From Takakia lepidozioides (lineage: Eukaryota; Plantae; Bryophyta), in assembly GCA_030704615.1 (NCBI GenBank), contig CM060731.1, forward strand, positions 62,558,001 to 62,622,000: a stretch of 64,000 nt of DNA, given 5' to 3'. The position numbers were made by a program, and so were the translations under genes. Below, piece after piece: positions 12,801 through 23,499 of this stretch. How positions within the stretch are numbered: the first letter of the stretch is position 1; each line of letters starts with the position of its first letter. Below the pieces are notes generated by a model. It was not told the origin of the DNA and did not search any database. It worked only from the letters and a program-made list of their open reading frames with translations.

Positions 12801-15414
12801 ACGGTTAGTAACTGAGAATTCCAGTCATGGAATACCCTGGCCTGTTTCAGCCACGGACGTCCCAATAATAAAGAGTAAGCCTCCATGACTTCATCCATTT
12901 TCAACACAGTTACTGTGATCATAAAGATCATTTTCTGTATCTGTATCTTAACTCCTCTTATTAATCCCAATGGCTGTACACTTCTTTGATCTGCCATTGT
13001 TACTGTAAATGGGGCTGGTTTCATGTTACTTAGACCAAGCTTCTTCCTTAATTGGTCTGTCATGATATTTACTCCAGAACCACCATCTATCAGTACATCA
13101 GTTAGTTCTGTGCTTCCAATTCTCAATTGGATTACTGGCATAGAATCATCAAAGTCCATGACTGTTTCTCGCCCTTCCGGCTTCACATTATAACTGGTCA
13201 CCTTGCTGTTCAGGTCTGTGTTTCCTGTCTCTTGGGCAATTCGATTGGTTGCTTGATACAGCCTGTGCCTCCAATAAGGTGCCACAGCTAATAGCTGTCC
13301 AATGGTAATTTCTGCTTTGGTCTGGCATATTACTTTAGCCAAAGTCTCTTCATTACTTTGCATGTCTGCATCCTCTTTCTTCCTTTCTTCCTCACTCCCT
13401 TCCTTTTCTCCATCCGAATCAGAGGAATCTGTCACAGGAATATCAGTACTCTTTTGCATTTCCCTTATAGTATCTGCCACTTCCTTGTGCAGTTCCTTCT
13501 CATCTTTCCAAGTCTCTTCATCTTCAAGCATATCATTGCCACTTCCATTATCATCTTCTTCCTCTTCTACTGGAGGTATTAGTTTGGCTTTACTTCTTGT
13601 TACTATCATTGTACTTACTTCTGGTACAACACATGGCCTAACCATGTGAGCTGCCACCACTGGGCCCTCATTCACAGGAGCTCTCATCTCATTCTGGTGT
13701 CTTATCCAGAATGAACAGGTTGCCTTGCGATGTCCTGGCTGATTACAATAGTAACATAGCTCTTCACCATTGGGTCCTCGCCCTTGGTCTGTTCTTGGAT
13801 TATTTCTATAATCCTGATTCCCGGGCTGGTAATTCCCCCTTGGATTACCCTGATAGTTGCCTCTGGAATTTCCTTGGTAATTCCCTCTTGAATTACCTCT
13901 CCCTTCCATGCCATTGTTATAACCACCAGACCTACCATAGTGGTCCTGATCATTGTTTCTTCTTGGCTGGGGCTGCACCTGATGCACCCTTACTTGCCTA
14001 GGTTCTCTTGCAGCTGTCCTTCTGTTGTAGTAACAATTCTCAGTAGAATGGTTATTCATTTTACAGATAGTACAGTGTTTCTCCTTCATGTGGCATTCTG
14101 TGGTGGTATGGCCTTCATTCTGGCACTTTGCACACCATACACCCTTCCTCCAATGTGTTGCAGCCTCTGTGGCATACTTCTTCAAGATTTCTTCCAATTT
14201 TTTTTCATAGTTATCCCTCTTCAACTTCTCCTTTCTCTTACTCTTTCTTTTTAGTTCTTGCTCTTCTTCTTCATCTGACTCATCCTCAGAGTCCTCATCT
14301 TCTTTTTTCTCTCTCCTGAGCATTCCCAATTGCTCAATTCTGTTCGCAGTTTCAAATGCCTCCTCCACTGTATTATGGGGTAACATATCCACTTTCTTTT
14401 GCAACTCTGGTCTTAGTCCACTCACAAACCAAGTCTTCTGTAAACCGAGCGCTGGTACTGCAGCCAGCTTTTTCATCATCAATTCCATCTTCTCCAAATA
14501 CTCTTCAACAGTTTCATGCTTCTTCTGCTTCAGCTGTTGTAAACTTCCATACACTTCATCCTCAGTTTTACTTGTCCTGAACCTATTTCGAAATGCTGTA
14601 TTCAAGCCATTCCAGGTTAGGAAATGATTATCAGGGAATCTTGCATACCATTCACTTGCTTTCTTGATAAGTGAACAAGGAAACAGTCTCATCTTGGCAT
14701 CATCGCCATTCTCATTGTTCACTATACACATGTGCTCAAATTGGCTAATGTGTACATCGGGATCCCCTTTTCCTGAATATATTGGAAAGGGTGGTTTTGC
14801 CCGTGTTGGTTGTAACGCCATCTGTGGCCCTACCTTCTGCCCACTGACAGGTGCTGGCACCCTTGCTGGTGCTGGTCCTTCTGGACCTGTTGTTTTTGTG
14901 GTGGATCTTCCACCAAGTGGTGGCCCTTGAGCACTCCCTGCTTCTGGCCCCACGATATTCACAGTATTCCCTGCTTCAGTTGCACTACTTCCCACACTCC
15001 CTGTCCCCCCAGAGCCAGATCCAAGCAGCCCGCCTGATCCCCCTGAGCCGACACCTTCGTTGGCCTGTGATCCAAGTGCTCCACTTGATCCAGGTCCAAC
15101 GGGTTGGGATGTCCTGGTTGTAGTCTCAACCTCAGCTGTTGGGTCTACTTCTTCATATTCTTCCTCTTCCAATTTCTTCTCTCTGTTTTCATCCTCCAAG
15201 TTCTGCCCTTGGGTTTCTTCTTCACTCATGTAACTCAACTGTAATGGTGTTGGAGAGTCTGAACTCTCCGTTGGCTCTGCCACATCCTCTTCTCCTTCTT
15301 CACCTTCTGCTTCAGAAACTGGAGTTCCTGCTTTTGGTGTTCCATGCCAACTCTTATCAAAGATTTCTGTCAAGTCTTTTATCCAAGGATGTACCTCAGA
15401 TCTTTCACCTCGTG
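9861..15414 (-). CDS. gag-pol: gag-pol polyprotein of family A (gag, CCHC knuckles, protease, RT, RNase H, integrase), lightly disrupted
   Basis: CYYCNQPGHRKATC, VLIDGGSGVNI, FMDGFSGYNQ, FLDD, ERNYSTTEREALA and KWGLDFVGPI...SDQGSHF...GQAEATNK. Frameshift near 10925, stop near 10662. The frame continues at 28432-28690 beyond element B. Confidence 0.95.
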
Positions 15415-15741
15415 TGTCAAGTTATTTTACCACTAGTGTGAAACTAGCTAGGAAATAGCTAGCTTTTACATATTGACATTTGGGATTGGCCCAAGTGTCA
15501 ATCCAGGGGTCAAGGCAGATTTAGGCCCTGGAGTGGTTATCTTCACGGCAAGCGCGGGAGGCTCATCTTTCTCGAGTTGAGCCTCACCGCGCCTAGCTAT
15601 GGCGCCGTAGTGTGGATTCCCCATGGCGTGGGGTGCACTTGGCTTGACTTGTATTTGAGTGATGAGGTTATATATGCCTGAGTTTATGCTTCAGCTTTGT
15701 GAGCTCGCATGAGCTTGTGCTTTTATTCTTCTTCTTTATCA
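15415..15741 (+). repeat. Split direct repeat A1 of element B
   Basis: Near-identical to 27913-28238. Starts TGTCAAG, ends TTTATCA. Confidence 0.95.
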
Positions 15742-15757
15742 CTCGAGAAAGATCAGC
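15741..15757 (+). promoter_or_regulatory. Putative self-priming primer binding site of element B
   Basis: ACTCGAGAAAGATCAGC sits at the A1 boundary and is complementary at 16/17 nt to 15561-15577 within A1. No TGG tRNA-type PBS is present. Confidence 0.65.
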
Positions 15758-16439
15758 TCGTATCTGTGAGTGCCAGATACGAGTTAGTTGTAGCACTTGT
15801 GGTTTTTGCTTGAGTATGAGAGAAACCAAGTTGTTATGTAAGGAGCACCATGGAGCTCTTGGTTGTTAGAAGCGGAGGCGATGTGGGTTACGAGGTGGTA
15901 GACCTTGGCATTCGATCTTCAGCTTCAGAGATGAAAGCACCATGCTGCAGGTAATTCCAGAGCACCTTGATGGTTTCAGATTGTGTACATGCATGAGCAA
16001 GCACGATTGGGAAGAGGACCAGTCAACAGCAGGTTATAGTGGCTTTGGTGGCAAAGCTGAGAACTGGACCTGGGAATGCAAGCTTTCATTGTGTGAAGGA
16101 TTGCAAGACCAAGCGAAAGGGCTGATTTGGCTTGGGGCAAATCAATGCACTTTGTGGAGTATGGTGAGATTGGGTTTCAATCTCGAGCTTCAGCATTGAG
16201 AGGGCTCTTGTCATGGCAAGAGCAGGGCTGGAACAGGAGCTAAGAGGTGCGGCAAGGCCATGGAATGTGCACCTGGGGTTTCAGAGCTTGGAAGAAGAGC
16301 TCCTGCACCACAAGAGAAGTGTCTTGTGGCTGGAAATGTAAGCCTTAGGGTTTCAGGAGCTTGGCAAAGGCTGTGGAGTGCTTAGTCTTGTCTTAGAGAG
16401 CATCAAGGAGCCAAGGAGCCAAGATAGGGGCCTGATATC

Positions 16440-16810
16440 TCTTGTGTGAAGAGGTTGCATGTGTGGAGCATGTATTCAGCTTATTGAAGCTTCCATCTTC
16501 AAGCTTGGAGGGCAAGCAAGGAAGAGGGAAGGGCTGACTTCCCTTATGTGAGGGCAATGTATGTGTGGAGCATGCTATCAGCCTGGTGAAGGCTTGCACT
16601 TTTAGGTATGGGAGTGCAAGAAAGGAAGGAAGGGGCTGGTTTCCTTGTAGGGCATGTGGAGCATGCTTTCAGCCTGCTGAAGCTTGTATTTTCAGGTTTG
16701 TGGGTGCAAGAAATGAAGCAAAGGAGCTGATTCTCTTATGGTGAGAGTGGGGCATGTGTGGAGCATGCCTTCAGCCCATTGAGGCTCTTGTTTTCAAGCT
16801 TTAGAGAGCT
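16440..16810 (+). repeat. About four degenerate ~100-bp tandem repeats in the 5' leader of element B
   Basis: Recurrent ATGTG(TG)GAGCATG..TCAGC..TGA(A/G)GC at ~16457, 16560, 16652 and 16752. Confidence 0.7.
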
Positions 16811-17274
16811 AGAACGGAAGGTCTAGGGCTGGTTTCCACTTGGAGTGAAAGAAAAGCACTTGTAGGGCCTATGTGAGTTGGGGTTTCAACTTCAAGCTTG
16901 AAGGGAGCGCAACTCTTGAAGCAACAGGTGTAGAGGGCTGGAATAGGCTCTAAGACAGATGCTATGGCCAATGAGAGTGCTTGAATGAGTGCTCACAAGG
17001 GCTGGGAACCAGCAGGGCTTGGTTGTTTGCCATTGAGTTTAGTGGCGTGTTTGGGGAGGCTAAGTGAGAAAGAAGGCTTGGTTTGTGGCAACCACCTCAT
17101 GGCTTAGGGCTACTATGGTGGTGTGTGGGAGCCGAAAGAGCAAGGATACCTTGCTGATTTTCCTCACAGCCACCATAGCTCGGTGGAAAGAAGCCTAGAG
17201 TCCAAGAGACACAAACCCTAGCTTGGCGTGGCTAAACCCCTCGGAGAAATGGCTAAACTGCCAGAGCGGCCATG

Positions 17275-18442
17275 TGTGGGGCTGTGACAGGCTGTGGCAA
17301 GCTGTGACGGGCTATGAGGGGCTGTGACAGGCTGTGCCCTGTGCCCTGTGGGGCTGTGACGGGTTGGGTCAGGCTGTGGCGAGCTGTGACGGGCTGTGAC
17401 GGGCTGTGATGGGCTGTGACAGGCTGTGCCCTGTGGCCTGTGGGGCTGTGACGGCTGTGTCAGGCTGTGGCGAGCTGTGAGGGGCTGTGAGGGGCTGTGA
17501 GGGGCTGTGACAGGCTGTGCCCTGTGCCCTGTGGGGCTGTGACGGGCTGTGGCAAGCTGTGACAGGCTGTGATGGGCTGTGACAGGCTGTGACGGGCTGT
17601 GCCCAGTGGCCTTTGGGGCTGTGACGGGCTGTGGCAAGCTGTGACAGGCTGTGATGGGCTGTGATGGGCTGTGACAGGCTGTGCCCTGTGCCCTGTGGGG
17701 CTGTGACGGGCTGTGTCAGGCTGTGACAGGCTGTGCCCAGTGGCCTTTGGGGCTGTGACGGGCTGGGCTGTGACAGGCTGGGCTGTGACAGGCTGTGCCC
17801 TGAGGCCTATGGGGCTGTGACGGGCTGTGACAGGCTGTGGCGAGTTGTGACAGGCTGTGCCCATGGCCTTTGGGGCTGTGATCGGCTGTGAGGGGCTATG
17901 ACAGGCCGTGCCTGAGGCCTTTGAGGCTGTGACGGGCTGTGAGGGGCTGTGACAGGCCGTGCCCATGGCCTTTGGGGCTGTGACGGGCTGTGAGGGGCTC
18001 TGACAGGCCGTGCCTGAGGCCTTTGAGGCTGTGACGGGCTGTGACAGGCCGTGCCCATGGCCTTTGGGGCTGTGACGGGCTGTGACGGGCTGTGACAGGC
18101 CGTGCCTGAGGCCCTTGAGGCTGTGAGGGGCTGTGAGGGGCTGTGACAGGCCATGCCTGAGGCCTTTGAGGCTGTGACGGGCTGTGAGGGGCTGTGACAG
18201 GCCATGCCTGAGGCCTTTGGGGCTGTGACGGGCTGTGAGGGGCTGTGACAGGCCGTGCCTGAGGCCTTTGGGGCTGTGAGGGGCTGTGAGGGGCTGTGAC
18301 AGGCCGTGCCCATGGCCTTTGGGGCTGTGACGGGCTGTGACGGGCTGTGACAGGCCGTGCCTGAGGCCTTTGAGGCTGTGACAGGCTGTGAGGGGCTGCG
18401 ACAGGCTGTGCCCAGTGGCCTGTGGGACTATGACGGCTGTGA
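17275..18442 (+). repeat. 1.2-kb GGGCTGTGAC/AGGCTGTGAC decamer array with higher-order units in the 5' leader of element B
   Basis: Dozens of GGCTGTGA decamers punctuated by GTGCC(C/T)...GGCCTTTG spacers. Confidence 0.95.
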
Positions 18443-19178
18443 CCAGTGAGCTGTGTGGGCCTGTGCTGGTCTGTGGTGGCCCGTGTTGACCTGTGGACGG
18501 CCTGTGCTGACTCGTGGAGGCACTGGTGGACTGCCTAAGGACTGGCATGTGGTCTGGAAGGCCGAATTTTGAAGCTCGTGGAGGGCGGTTTGAGGAGTAT
18601 CTTCAGATATTCCCATGGTCATGCAAGTGAGGGTAGAGAGGAGAGGCAGAGTGTTGGGATGAGAGCATGCTGGGATTAGGCATTGCTTTAGCTTCTCTTC
18701 CTCGTAGTTTCCACCCTCTCATTAGGCCAAGACCTTTCCGTAGGTGGAGGCAAGAGTCAGTTCGGGTTGGGCTGGGGTGTCCTTGCAGGAGCAACACCGT
18801 GGAGTTGTTTTTGGTGTGGGGGAGTTGTCGATCTGATTTCTTGTGTTTGGATCCCCTCCATACCTGCATGCTTGACTGTGCGCCATGCTAGTTTTGTGTG
18901 GGCGCTTGTTTTTATAGGTGATTGGTCCGGATTTGATCACCGGCCAGTCCTAGAGCATGCTGTCGATGGTGAGGCTGGGGTGATGACCAGCCAGACCATC
19001 ATTGTTTCTCCTGTGGTGAGGTTGGAGGTGATGACCAGCCAACCATAGGAGTGCTTGCGGTGGATGCAGGTACAGGTGTAGGCTATGTTAGGAACTTAGT
19101 ATTCCAAACCATAAGCCGCAACAGGTTCTCTACCCGGTTACCTTGTGAAGAGGGGGTTAGGGACATGTTCATGACCGG

Positions 19179-21373
19179 TTGAGTGTCAACACGGAGGTGC
19201 CACTAGTTGCTGGGGACAGTGCCGGTTCGAGCACTAGCAATACTAGTGGGTACACGAGACGAGGTGTGCGGTTTAGGCCACCTTCACCTCCTGTGTCTTC
19301 CACGGAAGGTTCTGATTCGGATTGTGAATCAGGAGGGCTCATACCGGCGGTGCAAGTTGTTTCTTTGCCATTGTTGTGGGACACAATGGAGGAGATGTAT
19401 GGAGCTACCAAGGGGCCACGAAGGTACTCTGGGGCGGTGGGCACCATTGAGTTGGATGATTTTATCCAAGAGTTTGATAGTTGGTGTGATTTGCAGCAAA
19501 TGCGCAATCCACAACTATTTACGCCGTTCATGGCATGGAAAGGGCTGTTTCAGCACCTTGAGGGGCCGCCTATGGATGATTACCATGAGTTCAGGCGGGG
19601 GCATGAGGTTGAGATCGAGGAGTGGAGGATGTACTGGTCACCCGACTATGTCTCCATCACTAGGGGCACTAGAGCCACGAGGGCAGTGGCTACACCTGCC
19701 GCTGCACCGGCAGCTTCAGCAAGCAGCAGTGGGACTGGTGGTACAGTAGCTACGACGTCCACCCAAGCCACTACCGCACCAGCACTAGCACCCGTGCCTG
19801 CCTTCAACCCTGTTGTGGAGTTCTTCGAAGAGTTGAGAGGGAACTACCAAGGGGTGAGGACAGAGAAGTTGCGGAGCTTGCAAGAGTTCCAACGGAAGCC
19901 GACCGAGAGCTTGAGGGAGGCTTTCACTCGCATGAGGCGCTTGATAAATGTAACCCAAGGGGTTACGGAAGCTCAGGCAGTCCAATTCTGGTATGGGATA
20001 TTGGACAAGGAGCTGAGGAGAAGGGTGCGGGATGCAACTCTCCTACAAGCGGCCCAACCCACCTTAGCAAATGTGTTTTTGCTGGTAGAGCGGATAGAGC
20101 TCAACATGGTGGAGGAACGAGTGGTCATGGTGGGATTTGCTAAGGAGACACCACGGGGTAGTGGTGCTCCTAGCCAACCACTACCTCAACGTGCTCAAGG
20201 CAACAAGGGGGCTCAGGTGAAGCTCAGGGAAGGGCAGAGAGGACCTCAGATGCAGGGGTCTCTCCCTTCATTTGCTGGCCAACAACGGGCGGATGTGGTG
20301 TGCTGGACATGTGGAGGACCCCATGTCAAGAAGGATTGTCCAGAGGGAGGCAAAGGGCCGGCACATGCACAGCCTGCACATTACAGTGTGGGCATTGTGG
20401 CAAACACGGGCATGGAGAGGCTCAGTGTTATGGTTTGCATCCTGAGTTGCGTCCAGGCCAGTTCCAAGGGAACAATGGTGGCCGGGGGCGAGGTGGAGCA
20501 GCCCAGAGGGGACGAGGTGGCCAGCCACGAGGCCAAGGGCAAGCTCAACGTGGCCAAGGACGCGGAGGTCACGGTGTTGACCAAGGCATGGCCAACCGGC
20601 TTCAGCAACTAGAGCAGAGGCTCGCTGCCATGGCTACAGCTCAGGTGGTACCGGCTCTAAGGCCGGATGGTCCACCTCCTGCTCCTGAGGGAGGAGATAT
20701 GGGAGGCATGGGATTCATGTGTGGAGCAGCACTACCACTAGTGCAGGTGGAGTCTGCTGCAGCCGTGACTCGAGGAGCAGCACAAGTTCCTGAGCCACAA
20801 GGTGCAGAGGTGGAGTTGGATCCACAGCGTGGGGAGGCAAGCCGTCAGGCTAGGCTTCCTCAGTCATTCACATTGGCGGAGACAGTGTCGACGCCATCCA
20901 TGGCACCTAGTTCTCGCCCGACTGTTACCGAGGCGGAGGTTACTATGCCATTGGGGAGAGCTACACGGGCAGCACCACTACCTAGTGTTGCCAAGGCTAC
21001 GGCAGCTAGTGTGCTGTTAGGAGCGGCCACATCTGTGTGCCAGGCTCCATTGTTCTCGGCTACCATGATTGCGACGCCGGGGATAAGACCAGCTGAGGTG
21101 TTCAGGCTGGCAGCTACACTCTGTGAGAGTGGGGAGGTTACTTCATCTTCTGCGGAGATAGTGGGAGGTGTAGTGCCGGAGGGATCCTCGGATTTGAGGG
21201 TCAAGACTGCCACGGCGGCGCCATGGCAAGCTGCAGCTGCCAGGATGATGGAGCTGCCAGCTAGGCCAGCCATTGAGCGCGCCATGGTGACACCTGGAGT
21301 TGTCATGTTAGACAACCAGGATGGCATTTTCTGTTTGAGTGGACCGGCAGGCAAGAGGTACCGGCCACTGTGA
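19179..21373 (+). CDS. gag: gag of element B (capsid-like region, two Cys/His knuckles) with one frameshift near 20380
   Basis: ORFs 19179..20612 and 20300..21373; LQEFQRKPTESLREAFTRMRRL, CWTCGGPHVKKDC, CGHCGKHGHGEAQC. Confidence 0.85.
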
Positions 21374-21376
21374 GTC

Positions 21377-22096
21377 TTGTTGGACTCGGGAGCTCAGCCA
21401 TTGATGCTGGGCAGAGCTGCTATTGCAGGCTTGGGCCTCACGGAGGCGGATATGGAGCCTTGTCCTTTCCAGATACAGACGTCTCTGGGAGGATCGGAGC
21501 AGGCTCGGGGCATGACACGGCATGAGTTGGCTATCAGACTACGGCCGGATCACCCTACAGATGGCTCAGTGATGCGAGCCAAGGCCATTGTGACAGACGC
21601 AGTCTCATACGATGTCCTGGTTGGTGGGGCAGTGTTGTACCCCATGGGCTTCACCCTGGATTTTTGGGAGGAGTCAGCTTCCTATAGGCCTGCATGGCAG
21701 TCAGGGGAGGGCCGGCGTGTGCAGCTCCCTGTGACGTTCATAGGAGGAGTTGCGGTTGCCCAGCGAGGCAAGATGCCGACACTAGCAGCATTCACAGCGG
21801 CAGTGAGTTGGCCTAGAGAGTTGCTTGAGGGCAATGCTCATTCAGAGGATGTACCACCTCCGGGAGAGCAGGATGACATGTATGGTATGGCGGAGTTGCC
21901 TACCATGGTTGCTCAGACTCCATTGTGGGGCATGAGCAAGGATTTGCAGCGGGATGCTGATCGACGGGTGCAACAAGCCTGGGTGGAGGCTTTTGTACCG
22001 TCAGGAGAGGAGGAGAGTGTGGGGATTGCACCAGGACCACCTCAATTGTCTCCATTGGACACCACACCTATTGTGTGGCAGTCTCCGGATGAAGGC
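21377..22096 (+). CDS. pol: Aspartic protease domain of element B plus linker
   Basis: VLLDSGAQP and YDVLVGGAVL motifs. It is preceded by an in-frame TGA, plausibly a CGA>TGA change. Confidence 0.85.
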
Positions 22097-23030
22097 ATTT
22101 GTCTTCTGGACTTGTTTGGCGGGATCAGCACCGGATTGGCTGCTGTGTTACAGGCAGGTGTACGAGTTCGGCGTTACCTGTATGTGGAGAGGGATGAGAC
22201 TGCACGACGCGTTTCACTTCGCCATGTTGCTCAGTTGGTGCAGCGGTACCCTGAGTTGTTGTCGGTGTCTGCAATTCGTGGATATCAACAGGCCTTGCCA
22301 GCAGACATTTCGTTGCTGGGGGCGCAAGATTTGGAGCGGGTTGGCTCCATTGATCTGGTAGTGGCAGGTTGGCCCTGCCAAGGGCATTCATCAGCCGGGC
22401 ATGGCAATGGATTGCGAGACTCGAGGTCGGGTCTGTTTTGGGAGATGGTGCGGGTTTTGCGCCACTTGCAGCTTCATCAAGCTGTATCTCCAGCATACAT
22501 CTTGGAGAATGTGCCACTGATGGGCAATTCTCGGGCCAGGGTGATGGCCAGTGTGCATCAAGTCCGGTCGTGGCTTGGGTCAGCAGTGTTGCTAGATGCA
22601 GCTACAGTGGGGTCACGGGCTCATCGTCCACGGCTATGGTGGACTAACATGATGCCACCCGCACTACTCAAGCGTGCATTTGATGGGGTGCAGCGGCCAG
22701 CACATCTCACAGTGGATAACATTCTGGACACAGGGAGGCAGTCTCAACGTGTGAGACACGATGACCGTTCGCCTTTGACAGTGGTCAACAAGGTGGGTCA
22801 ACCACGAGCAGCATTACCTACACTGCTCAGCTTCCCAGGATCGCATGCTTTCCGGGATAGTGGACCTGGCCTCCTGTGGGATGCTCAGTTGCAGCAGTTA
22901 GTGGAGCCTAATGCTGACGAGCGTGCGGGCAATGGGTTTTACCACTGGTACCACGGCGGTGTCGTCTCTTTCTGAGGCATCACGTCGTCAAGTGTTGGGG
23001 CAAGCAATGGATCTCAATTGCTTGACCTGG
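22097..23030 (+). CDS. C5-cytosine DNA methyltransferase domain embedded in pol of element B
   Basis: Ordered motifs I LDLFGGISTG, II YVERD, IV DLVVAGWPCQGHS (catalytic PC), VI YILENV, VIII AHRPRLWW, IX EPNADER/RAMGF (frameshift ~22925) and X RRQVLGQAMD. Confidence 0.93.
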
Positions 23031-23499
23031 ATTATCAGCTTGGCTCTAGCTGAGCAACGCAGAGTGCGGAATACACTTCCCTCAATGGTCTCTCTGCCTA
23101 CCGAGACGGTACAGGCAGTGAGTGGGGGCGAGCATATGAGGACCACGGGTGCATGCATCCATGGCACACGTGGGAGGTGCTCGAGGTTCAGAGGGAGTTG
23201 GCAGCCAAGGGGCTGTGATGGATGAGGTTGGGGATTCTTCTCGGGTTGAGGAGGTCCTCAAGGATGAGATGATGGGGCAGGATGAGGCCTTGTCATTGAC
23301 TGAGCAGGCAGGGAGTACTGCTCAAGAGGTTGCAGCATAGCAACCACGGGACGCGTCCTCTACCTCTAAGCCCACTGGACTTAAGGTTGTAGTTACGGAG
23401 GACAATTGGGAGCCTGACATTGGACCCATTGTCACCGGAGGAGAGAGACGACGTATACGGCGGTTCCTGAGGGCTTACAGGAATTGCTTTGCCTTCAGT

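Noticed and set aside
17218-18548. Long minus-strand ORFs (362, 168 and 139 aa)
   Set aside because: These are translations of the stop-free decamer array, with no evidence of coding function.
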